From the NCBI GenBank assembly GCA_007376135.1, contig VMFR01000002.1:28870-92869 (forward strand): 64,000 bases of DNA. The letters are read 5' to 3'. Of the stretch, positions 31,012 through 41,129 are shown piece by piece. This DNA is from Parcubacteria group bacterium Gr01-1014_31. GTDB lineage: Bacteria > Patescibacteriota > Patescibacteriia > Buchananbacterales > GWA2-38-13. How positions within the stretch are numbered: position 1 is the first letter of the stretch; each line of letters opens with the position of its first letter. Both the position numbers and the translations under genes were made by a program. Below the pieces are notes generated by a model. It saw only the letters and a list, made by a program, of their open reading frames with translations, had not been told where the DNA came from and ran no database searches.

Positions 31012-31590
31012 ATGTTCACCGGCATCATCCGCTACCAAGGGAAACTCACCAAGCACGTCGGCAACGAGCTGACTATTGCCGAGCCGCATGTCGTTTCCGC
31101 CCGCCTGAAACCGGGCGGCAGCGTTGCGGTCAACGGCGTCTGCCTCACGGTAGAAGCAAGGAGTAAGAAGCAAGGAGTACGCGTATCGGTCATGCCGACA
31201 ACCGCGAGATCAACCACGCTCGGCTCCCTACCCGACGGTAGCCGCGTAAATTTGGAACTGCCGCTGCGCATCGGCGACCCGCTGGACGGACACCTCGTCA
31301 GCGGCCATGTGGACGGCGTCGGCACGGTAAAAGATATCCAACGGCGCGGCAACAGCCGCCTGGTAACGATTGCCGCACCGCGCGCGCTTGCCCGCTACCT
31401 AGCACCGAAAGGTTCAGTGGCCATAGACGGGGTGTCACTCACCATCCAATCATCCCGCGGTACGACGTTTACCGTCGGGCTCATACCGGAAACCATGCAA
31501 CGTTCCACCCTTGGAATCCTGCGAGCCGGCAGTCGCGTCAATCTTGAGATCGACATGGTCGCGCGGTACCTCGATACTCTCAAAAAATAA
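31012..31590 (+). CDS. ribE: riboflavin synthase
   Basis: Canonical MFTGII N-terminus and two homologous halves (VNGVCLTV / IDGVSLTI). Confidence 0.85.
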   Translation: MFTGIIRYQGKLTKHVGNELTIAEPHVVSARLKPGGSVAVNGVCLTVEARSKKQGVRVSVMPTTARSTTLGSLPDGSRVNLELPLRIGDPLDGHLVSGHVDGVGTVKDIQRRGNSRLVTIAAPRALARYLAPKGSVAIDGVSLTIQSSRGTTFTVGLIPETMQRSTLGILRAGSRVNLEIDMVARYLDTLKK

Positions 31591-31713
31591 ATTTTCAATT
31601 ACCAATGCTCAATTTCCAGTGAATTTTCAATGCCACAATGACCCGACACTTGAATATGGCCACGTTGTTTCATTCATTGAAAATTGAGAATTGAAAATTG
31701 GAATTTTCCCTCT

Positions 31714-32199
31714 ATGCTTTCCCCTATCCCCGCAACGCCGAAACTCCAACCGAGCTTAGCTCAACGTTCGCGCGTCGCTATCATCACCGCCCAGTTCAAC
31801 GCCAAATACTCGGCCAGCCTGGAACGCCACTGTGTCGCCGCGCTGCAACAGGCAGGACTCGCGCGCGACCGCATCGCGACCTTCGCGGTACCTGGCGCGC
31901 TGGAAATCCCGGTGGTCGCCAAACGCCTGGCCGAGCAGAAAGAATTCTCCGTCATGGTTGCCTTCGGTGTCGTGCTGAAAGGTGAAACCTACCACTTTGA
32001 GATCGTCGCCGACCAATGCGCGGCGGGGCTGCAGCAAGTCGCGGTGCAGACCGGCATTCCGGTCATCAATGAAGTGCTTGCCTGTTACACGGCCGCGCAG
32101 GCCGAGGCCCGCTGCGGCGATAACGACAGTAACAAGGGCCGCGAGGCAGCCGCGGCTGCCGTGGCGATGCTCAACCTGCTTGCCCGGCTGCCCGGGTAA
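31714..32199 (+). CDS. ribH: 6,7-dimethyl-8-ribityllumazine synthase
   Basis: ATG at 31714 (MLSPIP...). Motifs RVAIITAQFN, FAVPGALEIP and the VxxG core. Confidence 0.8.
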   Translation: MLSPIPATPKLQPSLAQRSRVAIITAQFNAKYSASLERHCVAALQQAGLARDRIATFAVPGALEIPVVAKRLAEQKEFSVMVAFGVVLKGETYHFEIVADQCAAGLQQVAVQTGIPVINEVLACYTAAQAEARCGDNDSNKGREAAAAAVAMLNLLARLPG

Positions 32200-32201
32200 C
32201 T

Positions 32202-33413
32202 ATGGCCTCTTCCCTAGCGGAAATCCTGCAGGCCGCCCGCAGCGGCAAACCGGCCCTCATCCTCGACCACGCCGACCGGGAGGGCGAAGCCGACCTGTTT
32301 TTTCCGGCGGCAAAGGCAAGCCCGGAACTGGTCAACTTCCTCATCACGGAAGGACGCGGATTGCTGTGCGCCCCGCTCACGACGGAACGCGCGCTGGCGC
32401 TGGAACTGCCCCTGATGGTGCCGCAAGATTCCAATCGGGAAGCCCACCGCTGCCAATTTACGGTGTCGGTGGATGCCGCCCGCGACATCGGGTCGGGCAT
32501 TTCCGCAGCAGACCGCGCCCTGACCCTGCGCCGCCTAACCGAAGTATCCGCCGCAGCGAACGATTTCGTCCGGCCCGGCCACGTCTTCCCGCTGATTTCC
32601 GCCGGCGGCGGGATTGCCGAACGCGACGGCCACACCGAAGCGGCCATCGCCACCTGCCGCTTAGCGGAACTGCCGCCCGTCGGGGTCATCTGCGAACTCA
32701 TCAACGCGGACGGCACCATGGCGCGCGGCCACCAGGTCTCTGCCTTTGCCGACCGCCATCGCCTGCCCATCATTGAGATCGCCGAACTCGCAGCGGCCGC
32801 GGCAACGTTGCCGACGCTACCAACCACGCAGGTCCGCCGCCTGGCCTCGGCGCAACTTCCCACCGCGTTCGGTAATTTTTCCATCCATGTGTTTTCTGCC
32901 GCGGACGGCAAGGAACACGTCGCGCTGACGTGCGGCGACGTGCAGCGCGACACTCCGATCCCGGTACGCCTGCATTCCCAATGCCTGACGGGCGACACCT
33001 TCCATTCCCTGAAATGCGATTGCCGCCAGCAGCTGCACGCTGCGCTGCGGGAAATTGCCGCCGCCGGCGCGGGCGTCCTCCTCTACCTGAACCAGGAAGG
33101 CCGCGGCATAGGATTGGCCAACAAGATCCGCGCCTATGCATTGCAAGAGACGGGGATGGACACGGTGGAGGCCAACCTCGCGCTCGGGTTGGCCGCTGAC
33201 GCCCGTGATTTTTCCGTCGCCGCCGAACTTCTGGTCGAACTGGGCGTACGCGCGGCCACCGTCCTGACCAACAACCCCGCAAAACTGCGACCGCTTTCCG
33301 CCCGCGGCATCGCGGTCACCAGCCAATCGCTCACCGCCATCACGCCCGAAAACCGCCGCTACCTCAAGGCCAAGGTGGCAAAGCTCGGGCACCGCATCCC
33401 AACACTGGATTAA
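32202..33413 (+). CDS. ribBA: bifunctional 3,4-dihydroxy-2-butanone-4-phosphate synthase / GTP cyclohydrolase II
   Basis: RibB half has DREGEADL and GHTEAA. RibA half has the Zn site CxC (HSQCLTGDTFHSLKCDCRQQL) and EGRGIGL. Confidence 0.85.
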   Translation: MASSLAEILQAARSGKPALILDHADREGEADLFFPAAKASPELVNFLITEGRGLLCAPLTTERALALELPLMVPQDSNREAHRCQFTVSVDAARDIGSGISAADRALTLRRLTEVSAAANDFVRPGHVFPLISAGGGIAERDGHTEAAIATCRLAELPPVGVICELINADGTMARGHQVSAFADRHRLPIIEIAELAAAAATLPTLPTTQVRRLASAQLPTAFGNFSIHVFSAADGKEHVALTCGDVQRDTPIPVRLHSQCLTGDTFHSLKCDCRQQLHAALREIAAAGAGVLLYLNQEGRGIGLANKIRAYALQETGMDTVEANLALGLAADARDFSVAAELLVELGVRAATVLTNNPAKLRPLSARGIAVTSQSLTAITPENRRYLKAKVAKLGHRIPTLD

Positions 33414-33461
33414 GTACCTTGCGACGGGCCCACGCGGAGTCTACAATAGAGGTGCCACGCT

Positions 33462-34484
33462 ATGCCCGATACCCCGCAACCCCGCATCATTGACCCGCAG
33501 GAACAGGCCGCCGAACAGCGGCTGGACTTAACATTGCGGCCCGGAACGCTGACGGAATTCATCGGCCAACGATTGGTGAAAGACAATCTGGAAATTTCCA
33601 TCACGGCGGCGCGGCAGCGGAAAGAACCCATCGAGCACGTGCTGCTCTATGGCCCGCCGGGACTGGGCAAAACGACGTTAGCCCACATCATCGCCCGCGA
33701 GATGGACGTCAACATCCGCATCACGTCGGGCCCGGCGCTGGAACGCGGCGGCGACCTGGCGGCCATTCTCACCAATCTCGGCGAGCACGACATCCTCTTC
33801 ATCGACGAGATCCACCGCCTCAACAAAACGATCGAAGAGATCCTCTACCCCGCGATGGAGGAGTACGCGCTGGACCTGGTCATCGGTAAAGGCCCGTCGG
33901 CCCGGACCCTGCGGCTGGACCTGCCGAAGTTCACCATCATCGGCGCCACCACGCGGGTGAGCATGCTGTCGGGCCCGCTGCGCGACCGCTTCGGCAATAT
34001 CTTCCACCTCAATTTTTACCACGACGATGAGATCGAACAGATCCTGAAGCGGTCGGCGCGACTGCTGGACGTTGCCGTGGAACCGTCCGCGCTCTCGTCG
34101 CTTGCCACCCGCGCGCGGCGCACCCCGCGCATTGCCAACCGCCTGCTGAAACGCGTCCGCGATTTCGCGCAGGTGCGAGCGGACGGCCGCGTCACGTCCG
34201 AGATCGCCCAACAGGCGCTGACCCTGCTGGGCGTGGACGGCTTCGGCCTGGACGACATCGACCGGAGGATACTTTCCACCATCATTGAAAAATTCAACGG
34301 CGGCCCGGTCGGGCTGAATACCATTGCCGCCGCGACCGGCGAGGAGATGGCAACCATCGAAGACGTGTACGAACCGTTCCTGCTGCAATGCGGGCTGCTG
34401 CAGCGCACCGCGCAGGGAAGAATCGCCACCAAACGCGCCTATCAACATCTCAACCTTACCCTACCTCAACAACCGCTCCTCTAA
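33462..34484 (+). CDS. ruvB: Holliday junction branch-migration helicase RuvB
   Basis: Walker [16 protein letters not shown] and sensor motifs. 340 aa. Confidence 0.85.
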   Translation: MPDTPQPRIIDPQEQAAEQRLDLTLRPGTLTEFIGQRLVKDNLEISITAARQRKEPIEHVLLYGPPGLGKTTLAHIIAREMDVNIRITSGPALERGGDLAAILTNLGEHDILFIDEIHRLNKTIEEILYPAMEEYALDLVIGKGPSARTLRLDLPKFTIIGATTRVSMLSGPLRDRFGNIFHLNFYHDDEIEQILKRSARLLDVAVEPSALSSLATRARRTPRIANRLLKRVRDFAQVRADGRVTSEIAQQALTLLGVDGFGLDDIDRRILSTIIEKFNGGPVGLNTIAAATGEEMATIEDVYEPFLLQCGLLQRTAQGRIATKRAYQHLNLTLPQQPLL

Positions 34485-34580
34485 AATTCATCATTATACA
34501 ATAGCGGATCACGAATTACGGATTCATAACAACGCCAATAATTCGCAATCCGTAATTCGCAATTGGATAATCATACAATT

Positions 34581-34829
34581 ATGACGTTGCCCCTCACCCT
34601 GCTCTACGTCATCTACCTGCTCCTGGTGGGAGTGTTCGTTCTCTACTCCTTTTTCAATATCTATCATCTGCTGCGCTTCGGTTCACCCTTCATCGTAACG
34701 ATTTCCGTGTCCCTGCTGTACCTGCTAGGCGCCGTCACCCTGCTCTCGACCTCGTGGGTTTTCATCGGCGGCATTGACTGGTCAACAACCATCGACCTGC
34801 TCGCGCCCCCCACCACCTTTTTTCAATAG
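34581..34829 (+). CDS. small membrane protein (2 TM), hypothetical
   Basis: ATG at 34581 follows TACAAT. Gives MTLPLTLLYVIYLLLVGVFVLYSFF... Confidence 0.4.
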   Translation: MTLPLTLLYVIYLLLVGVFVLYSFFNIYHLLRFGSPFIVTISVSLLYLLGAVTLLSTSWVFIGGIDWSTTIDLLAPPTTFFQ

Positions 34830-34834
34830 CGTCC

Positions 34835-35401
34835 ATGACCCACCGCTTCTACTTGCCGCACGCGCTGCTGAACGAAAAGATCATCCTGCTGCTGCGTCGC
34901 CACTGGCTGGTGCTCTTCGGCCGCGAATTGGTCTGGGTGATCGCCGCGCTGCTGCCCGTTGGGCTGGCGTGGCTGCTGCCGGGCGACCTGCAGGGGCTGG
35001 CGGAAAATACGGTGGGCTACCCATTGGCGGTCGTGGGCGGCAGCGCCTACTACCTATTCCTCTGGCTGTTCGCGTTCAACGCCTTCGTGGACTACTACCT
35101 GGATGTGTGGATCGTCACCAATGAGCGCATCCTGAATATCGAGCAACACCAACTGTTCTCGCGCGTTGCCGCCGAGCAACGGCTGTCGCGCATCCAGGAC
35201 GTGACCGCGGAAACCCACGGGATCTTCGCGACCTTCCTGCACTTCGGGGACGTGCACGTACAGACCGCTGGCGAGCAGGCGCGGTTCGTCTTCCGCCAGA
35301 TCCCCGACCCAACCGCGGTCGCGCGCAAGATCGCGAGTCTCGCCGAATTCCGCCGCCGCTTTGAGCACGTCAAGGAAGAGCTCCACCGCACCCAGCGCTA
35401 G
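34835..35401 (+). CDS. bacterial PH-domain (bPH_2 / YdbT-like) membrane protein
   Basis: Two TM helices then a PH-like domain. Co-oriented 5 nt after the small membrane ORF. A terminator lies at 35414..35438. Confidence 0.55.
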   Translation: MTHRFYLPHALLNEKIILLLRRHWLVLFGRELVWVIAALLPVGLAWLLPGDLQGLAENTVGYPLAVVGGSAYYLFLWLFAFNAFVDYYLDVWIVTNERILNIEQHQLFSRVAAEQRLSRIQDVTAETHGIFATFLHFGDVHVQTAGEQARFVFRQIPDPTAVARKIASLAEFRRRFEHVKEELHRTQR

Positions 35402-35506
35402 CGGTGATCGCGCGGCCGCCGCTCTCGGCGGTTTTTTATTTTGCCGCCGCCGGGAACCCCGCACACCGAACATCCCCTTTCCGACGCCGGCAACATGCTA
35501 TAGTTT

Positions 35507-36733
35507 TTGCATATGGCCATCCTCCCTGGACTACGGGCAGCCGTGCTCCGCATCCATCCCGCGAGACTCATACTCGCCATCTCTTTCCTCCTGACCTACT
35601 TGGTCTGGATCCTTTGGGCTTTCGACCTCGTGGCGGCGCTGACGGGAGCACGAGCCGTCTACTTCGGACGCGAGGTCGGTAATGACTTCTACCTCTTCCA
35701 CACCGTTGGCCGGGCGGTCGCCGACGGCCGAACGGCGGGCATGTACGAACTGTTCAGTGATCACCCCCACTACCGCGACTTCGGCTACAACCGGCCGCCG
35801 TACTACGCACTGCTGTTCGCGCCCCTCGCCCCCCTGCCTCGCGTCGGGGCCTTCTTCCTCTGGGTGGGCATCGGCATCGTGGCCTTATGGTGGTGCATCC
35901 GGCTCCTCGGGATCAAACGCCGCGGGCTGGCACTCGCGGCGGCGTTCGGGTGGTTCCCGGTCTGGTGCGCGGTCAGCTTCGGACAGACCACCCTGCCAAC
36001 GCTGGGGATCATCGGTCTCACCTACTGGCTATGGAATAAACGGCGCCCCGGACTTGCCGGCCTGACGTTGAGTTTGGCGCTCGACAAGCCGCAGGTGGTG
36101 CTCGGCGTGCTGGTACTGTGGCTGTGGTCATGGCGGCGCGACTGGCGGGCGCTGGCCGGCACGCTCGGCGGCGCGGCGGCGCTGGGATTGCTCAGCGTCA
36201 TTGTGCTCCCGGAAGCCACCTGGGCCTACCTGCAGCGGCTGCCGACCTTCGGGACCATGATGTACCAACCAAACTTCCCGCTCAGCCGGCTGCAGACCGT
36301 CGATGGATTCTTCTACCTCCTGCTGCGGCCTCGGGCCGAAATTGCCGTGGCGCTGTCCCTGCTGACCAAAGCCCTCGGGCTTCTGGGGGCAGTCGCCCTC
36401 TGGCGCCGGTACGCCGCTATCCCCTCAGTCCGTTTTTCCATTGCGGTGCTGCTGACGTTCTGGCTGGCGCCGTACCTGCTCATCTACGACCACGCGCTCC
36501 TGCTCATCCCCGGGTTGCTGCTCACATCGCAGCTGCGCGTCCAGCGCTGGTGGCCATCCCTGGTGGCCGCCGCCGGATTGGGGGCATTCCTCGGCTGGCC
36601 GCTGGTCGAAAAGCAGCTACTCGTTTCCCCTAATGCCGTCAACGTCAACGTCCTGGTGCTGCTCGCGGGCAGCGCCTACCTTGCGTTCCGTCTGCTGAAC
36701 TCCCCGCCGGACAAATCGTTTCATACCAACTGA
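35507..36733 (+). CDS. DUF2029/GT87-like polytopic membrane glycosyltransferase
   Basis: 408 aa with >10 TM segments and the conserved loop FGYNRPPYYALLF. Confidence 0.55.
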   Translation: MHMAILPGLRAAVLRIHPARLILAISFLLTYLVWILWAFDLVAALTGARAVYFGREVGNDFYLFHTVGRAVADGRTAGMYELFSDHPHYRDFGYNRPPYYALLFAPLAPLPRVGAFFLWVGIGIVALWWCIRLLGIKRRGLALAAAFGWFPVWCAVSFGQTTLPTLGIIGLTYWLWNKRRPGLAGLTLSLALDKPQVVLGVLVLWLWSWRRDWRALAGTLGGAAALGLLSVIVLPEATWAYLQRLPTFGTMMYQPNFPLSRLQTVDGFFYLLLRPRAEIAVALSLLTKALGLLGAVALWRRYAAIPSVRFSIAVLLTFWLAPYLLIYDHALLLIPGLLLTSQLRVQRWWPSLVAAAGLGAFLGWPLVEKQLLVSPNAVNVNVLVLLAGSAYLAFRLLNSPPDKSFHTN

Positions 36734-36777
36734 AAACCGCGGCGTACGCCGCGGTTACTCTTGCGGGCCCAAAAAAA

Positions 36778-37095
36778 TCACACACTGCGGACCTGCTGCA
36801 TCAGCCAGCGGGCGTACGCCGCATTCACGTGCAGGCCGAGCTGCCCGATCAGGGGTACCTCGTACGGATGATGCTTGGCGGAAAATGCGCGCGCCGCGGC
36901 GGCCTTCCCCGCCGTGGTTTTGGCTAGCATGATATATTCGCGCCGCTGCACAAGCTTGCCACGCCAACGGTAGCAGCTCGCGCTGGCAACGATATTGGCG
37001 CACCCGATCAGGCGGGCGGAGAGCAGCTGCTTGGTTAGCCGCATGGCAACACCACGACTCGGACAAGGCGCGTAGAGAAGGATGATTGTAGCCAT
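36778..37095 (-). CDS. cutA: divalent-cation tolerance protein CutA
   Basis: ATG at 37095 gives MATIILLYAPCPS...RLIGCANIVASASCYRWRGK...HHPYEVPLIG. CutA1 fold signature. Confidence 0.75.
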   Translation of the reverse strand: MATIILLYAPCPSRGVAMRLTKQLLSARLIGCANIVASASCYRWRGKLVQRREYIMLAKTTAGKAAAARAFSAKHHPYEVPLIGQLGLHVNAAYARWLMQQVRSV

Positions 37096-37185
37096 AGACC
37101 ATCGTACCGCGCGAAACCGAAAACGTTCCAAATTTCCCCCCTACGGGGGATCACCCGCAGGGTAACCTGTCCCAAATTCCATGGT

Positions 37186-38253
37186 TTACATCCACTTTTT
37201 CTTTTTGAAGAACGCGACCATCCCTAACCCGACGGCGGCCATCACGATGAGCACGCCGGGATAGCCGAACGGGTGGCCCAGCTCGGGCATGTATTCAAAG
37301 TTCATCCCGTAGATGCCGGCGATGAACGTCAGGGGGATGAAGATCGTGGTGATGATGGTGAGTACCTTGATGACCTCGTTGAGGCGGTTGCTCATCGCCG
37401 ACAGGTACACGTCCAGCATCCCCGACAGCAGGTCGCGGAAGGTCTCCACCGTATCAATGAGCTGCACGATGTGATCGTACACGTCCCGCAGGTAGGTGCG
37501 CGTTTGCGCCTTGACGAGTCTGGACTCCGAACGGATGAGCCCGCCGATGACCTCGCGCAGCGGCCAAATGGCCTTGCGCAGGAAGATCATTTCGCGTTTC
37601 AAGCGGTGGATGGCCGACGACGTTTTTGGCGTCGGATGTTTGAGCAGCTGCTCCTCCAAAATGCCGATCTCTTCACCGACTTCCTCCATCGCCGTAAAAT
37701 AGTGGTCGACCGTCGCATCTAACAGACTATAGGCCAGATAATCGGTATCCATCTTGCGCATGCGGCCCGCACCGCCGCGCAGCCGCTCGCGCACCGAATT
37801 AAACACCGTCCCCAGTGATTCCTGGAATGACAGCAGGAACGTGTCGCCGACGATCAGACTGATCTGCTCACTGGTGATCTGGCCGGCACTGCCATTGATG
37901 GCCAGCCGCTTGAAGACGATGTAGAGATAGGATTCAAATTCCTCCAGTTTGGGCCGCTGGTCGGTGTTCAGAATATCCTCCTGGATGAGCGGGTGGATGC
38001 CGTAGTGCTCGCCCAGCGTTTGAATGACCTTCGGGTGCAGCCCGACGACGTTGATCCACGACACGGTCGGCGTTTGTTTGTAGCGGAAACACTCCTCCAC
38101 GGTCTTGACCTCGCGCTCCTCCAATTTCTGCTCATCGTAGTCCAGCACCGTAATGCGAACGCGCTGCACCGGCTTATCGCCGATGTACACCAAACTGCCC
38201 GGGGGCAACCCTGCCTTTTGCGACCGAGGGGAAACGATCTTGTGCTTCGCCAT
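37186..38253 (-). CDS. corA: Mg2+/Co2+ transporter CorA
   Basis: YGMNFEYMPEL (GMN motif) and two C-terminal TM helices. Start taken at Met16 (MAKHKIV). Confidence 0.8.
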   Translation of the reverse strand: MAKHKIVSPRSQKAGLPPGSLVYIGDKPVQRVRITVLDYDEQKLEEREVKTVEECFRYKQTPTVSWINVVGLHPKVIQTLGEHYGIHPLIQEDILNTDQRPKLEEFESYLYIVFKRLAINGSAGQITSEQISLIVGDTFLLSFQESLGTVFNSVRERLRGGAGRMRKMDTDYLAYSLLDATVDHYFTAMEEVGEEIGILEEQLLKHPTPKTSSAIHRLKREMIFLRKAIWPLREVIGGLIRSESRLVKAQTRTYLRDVYDHIVQLIDTVETFRDLLSGMLDVYLSAMSNRLNEVIKVLTIITTIFIPLTFIAGIYGMNFEYMPELGHPFGYPGVLIVMAAVGLGMVAFFKKKKWM

Positions 38254-38329
38254 ACCTGTATCGTACTCCGCGGCCGTCGCAGGCGCAATCAGCGCCACAA
38301 AAAACCAACCTGAGCAGCGACGAGCGGCG

Positions 38330-38938
38330 CTACGCCAACGACCGCGCCACCATCCCGATCACGACGATGCCGAGAAAATTGAACGTGAACGACAGCGGGA
38401 TGAACCACGACGTCCGCATTTTGGAAAATCCCAGGAGCGTGATACCCAATTCGTCGGGGAGCGGCGAGGCAATGATGAGTCCGCCGGCCAAGAATGTCAG
38501 CCAGCGGAACGACCGCACCCGAAACAGCATTCTCACCCGCCGGCTGCTCCCCCGCTCTCGCAGCACGGACATCAGGTGCTCGGCAAAATGGTCACGAAAG
38601 AATCGGAAAATAATGAGGTCCCCAATCACCGCCCCGGCGGCGCCCAAGAGCGCGGTGCCAAACAGCGTGTTGACCTGCGCGATCTCGCCCAGCGTCACCA
38701 TCGCCGGCGCCGTAGTGAAGACCGAGGTGAAGAAAAGGCCGGCGATGAAGCTCCCCACAAACTCCAACTCGCGCGTTTGCGTCAGCAGCCGCACCAAAAG
38801 ATCGGTTTTCACCAACGCGACTGCGACCGCGACGCTGAACGCGATGATAGCGAGGTCCTGCAGTAAGTACCAACGGTCATCCCTCGGCAGGCCGCGCCGC
38901 ATCGTAGAACGCACCGATGGTTTTTTTTGTTTTGCCAT
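38330..38938 (-). CDS. hypothetical integral membrane protein
   Basis: ATG at 38938 (MAKQKKPS...) and ~6 TM segments. The listed longer N-terminus overlaps the terminator and tRNA region. Confidence 0.45.
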   Translation of the reverse strand: MAKQKKPSVRSTMRRGLPRDDRWYLLQDLAIIAFSVAVAVALVKTDLLVRLLTQTRELEFVGSFIAGLFFTSVFTTAPAMVTLGEIAQVNTLFGTALLGAAGAVIGDLIIFRFFRDHFAEHLMSVLRERGSSRRVRMLFRVRSFRWLTFLAGGLIIASPLPDELGITLLGFSKMRTSWFIPLSFTFNFLGIVVIGMVARSLA

Positions 38939-38986
38939 GGCCTTATGGTACGTTGATGGTGACGGAACGTCAACGAAATTCCCACC

Positions 38987-39014
38987 AAAAAATCCCGCCA
39001 CGGCGGGATTTTTT
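38987..39014. terminator. bidirectional rho-independent terminator
   Basis: AAAAAATCCCGCCACGGCGGGATTTTTT. Confidence 0.65.
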
Positions 39015-39100
39015 GGTGGACCCAGGGGGAATCGCCACCGCCATTCGGCGGGGTCCCGCCTACCATACTCATTAATTATCGATGGCGGGAAACCCCTCAA
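39015..39100 (-). repeat. tRNA-associated structured repeat, copy B (downstream of tRNA-Ala)
   Basis: Minus strand GGTTTCCCGCCATCGATAATTAATGAGTATGGTAGGCGGGACCCCGCCGAATGGCGGTGGCGATTCCCCCTGGGTCCACCA. The last 20 nt mimic the tRNA-Ala 3' end (GATTCTCCTTGGGTCCACCA). Confidence 0.6.
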
Positions 39101-39122
39101 AATGATACACAAATCCCCTCAG

Positions 39123-39196
39123 TGGTGGACCCAAGGAGAATCGAACTCCTACCTTCTCCATGCCATGGAGATATAATACCATTTTACTATGGGCCC
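39123..39196 (-). tRNA. tRNA-Ala (anticodon GGC) with G3:U70, CCA encoded
   Basis: Minus-strand GGGCCCATAGTAAAATGGTATTATATCTCCATGGCATGGAGAAGGTAGGAGTTCGATTCTCCTTGGGTCCACCA. T-loop TTCGATT. The G3:U70 Ala identity pair is present. Confidence 0.8.
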
Positions 39197-39356
39197 GGGT
39201 CCACCACTGAGGGGATTGCCGTGCAAACTGAATTTTCAATGCGAACTTTTCCAAACCAAAAGCGTAATACCACTTTACTATGGGCCCGCGAGCAGATTGT
39301 TTTCGAAGTGCCAGTACCGGCGATAATACCCCGCCGCCGCGCCGTCGTCAAGGCAA

Positions 39357-40025
39357 CTAGACCCCCAATTGCCGACGCCAGCGGTGCGTCACGCTGGATA
39401 CGTGGTTGCGGTAATACATCACGGTCCGATGGTAGTCGCGGGTGAGGCGGCGCACGGTCAATCCGGCACGCCGGCAGTCCTGGACAATGGAAAGATCACC
39501 CACGCGGTGGTGGCGCGCCGTGCCGAACGCGACCTTAGCGGCTCGCCGGTTCATGAAAAACGTAATGCCGTGATGACAACGGTTGACATGAATGAGTTTG
39601 CCCGGCTTGGTCGCATCGGGCAAGTATCGCGCGGAACGGGGCCCGACCAGATGAACGAACCCGAACACAAAATCCACTCCCGGATGCTCGTGGAAATACT
39701 CCACCCGCCGCTCGACGTGACGCGGCAGGTACGCGTCATCATCGTTCAGGAGCGCAATATACCTGCCCCGAGCGCGCCGAAAGGCCGTCGCATACGCCCG
39801 AAACCCGCCGCCGTGCGCCTGGCGGAAGATACGGATGCGTGAGTCTTTCTTTGCCCAGGCCCGCATGACCTGCCAAGTGCGGTCGCCGCTCGCGTCATCC
39901 ACAACCAACAGCTCCCAATCCTGGAATGTTTGTGCCAGCACCGACCGGATGGCGCGCGGCAACAACTGTGGCCGCCGGTAGGTCGGCAACAGCACGGAAA
40001 CCAAGGGCGTATTTCCGTTGCCCAT
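39357..40025 (-). CDS. family-2 glycosyltransferase
   Basis: VSVLLPTYRRPQLLPRAIRSVLAQTFQDWELLVVDDAS (GT-A N-terminus with DxD). Confidence 0.75.
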   Translation of the reverse strand: MGNGNTPLVSVLLPTYRRPQLLPRAIRSVLAQTFQDWELLVVDDASGDRTWQVMRAWAKKDSRIRIFRQAHGGGFRAYATAFRRARGRYIALLNDDDAYLPRHVERRVEYFHEHPGVDFVFGFVHLVGPRSARYLPDATKPGKLIHVNRCHHGITFFMNRRAAKVAFGTARHHRVGDLSIVQDCRRAGLTVRRLTRDYHRTVMYYRNHVSSVTHRWRRQLGV

Positions 40026-40037
40026 AACCTACGACCG

Positions 40038-40319
40038 CTACGTTGCCGTTCGGTAAACAACGATTAGCGCACTCACTACAGGAAGCATTAATAATACCCA
40101 CCCCATGAACGCCACAAGAACTGGAGGGCTGGTCTCACCAACAAAATTACGACCGGTGGGGCCAACATAGTTTCCAAAATCTTCAGCGAACCAAATACAC
40201 CCCATCGGTATCAGTAGAAACCCAACCATCCCCCAAAACAATTCTCCTCCGCCAGCTGCTGCCGCTGTAATAAAATAAATAATAGCAACCACGAGAGATA
40301 CAATGCGTCCAACCGTCAT
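40038..40319 (-). CDS. small membrane protein (3 TM), hypothetical, low-GC
   Basis: 93-aa hydrophobic ORF immediately downstream of the GT2 gene. Confidence 0.4.
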   Translation of the reverse strand: MTVGRIVSLVVAIIYFITAAAAGGGELFWGMVGFLLIPMGCIWFAEDFGNYVGPTGRNFVGETSPPVLVAFMGWVLLMLPVVSALIVVYRTAT

Positions 40320-40337
40320 ACATCAATAGCCATGGAG

Positions 40338-41129
40338 CTAGCCTTGCGGCTGCACCAACGACAACAATTTCGCGTGCAGCGCGGGCACTGCGGCAACGAG
40401 ACTGGTCGAGGCAAGTGTCCATGGCTTTCCGTCCATATCCGTCACGGTGCAGCCCGCCTCCCCCATCAGCAGCACCCCGGCCGCATAGTCCCACACGCCG
40501 CCCGAGCTGCGGGAAAACGCCCAGTCGCGCCGTCCGTCGGCGACATACATCGCCGCCACCGCAGCGGAACCAAACATACTCAGCCACAACGGCTCCCTCG
40601 CGGCGGAGGCGATCAGTCGCTGGAGCGACGCCAGTTTGTTGGCCCGCAGGCCGGCTCCGGTGCAGCCGTAGCTGTACACCCAGTCCTTGGTGGCCGCACA
40701 ATGCACGGGTTTGCCGTTGCAGGTCGCCCCGCGGCCGCGTTGCGCCAGGTACAGCTTGCCGTTCGGCGGGTCGGCAATGGCCGCGTGCTGCAGCACCCCG
40801 TTCTTGGCCACGGCCACCATCACGCCGAACAACGGCGTGCCCGTAGAAAAATTGCGGGTGCCGTCCAGCGGGTCCACCAACCACAGGTACTCGGCATCCT
40901 TCTGCCAGTCCGGCTGCTCCTCGGAAACGATTCCGTGCGAGGGAAATTTCTTCTTGATGGCCTGGACAAGCAGCCGGTTGGCGGCGAGATCGGCCTCGGT
41001 CACCACGTCGGCACGATTTTCCTTGGTGTACTTCACGCCGGACCGGCCGAAGCGGCGGGAAACCAAACGGCTCGCCTGCCGGGTGATGTCCGCGGTGAAT
41101 TTTGCCAACGTATCGGTCATCCGATCCAT
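40338..41129 (-). CDS. inositol monophosphatase (IMPase/SuhB) family phosphatase
   Basis: Motifs EEQPD, WLVDPLDGT and WDYAAG. Start taken at MDRMTD. Overlaps the upstream GT-C gene by 13 nt. Confidence 0.75.
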   Translation of the reverse strand: MDRMTDTLAKFTADITRQASRLVSRRFGRSGVKYTKENRADVVTEADLAANRLLVQAIKKKFPSHGIVSEEQPDWQKDAEYLWLVDPLDGTRNFSTGTPLFGVMVAVAKNGVLQHAAIADPPNGKLYLAQRGRGATCNGKPVHCAATKDWVYSYGCTGAGLRANKLASLQRLIASAAREPLWLSMFGSAAVAAMYVADGRRDWAFSRSSGGVWDYAAGVLLMGEAGCTVTDMDGKPWTLASTSLVAAVPALHAKLLSLVQPQG

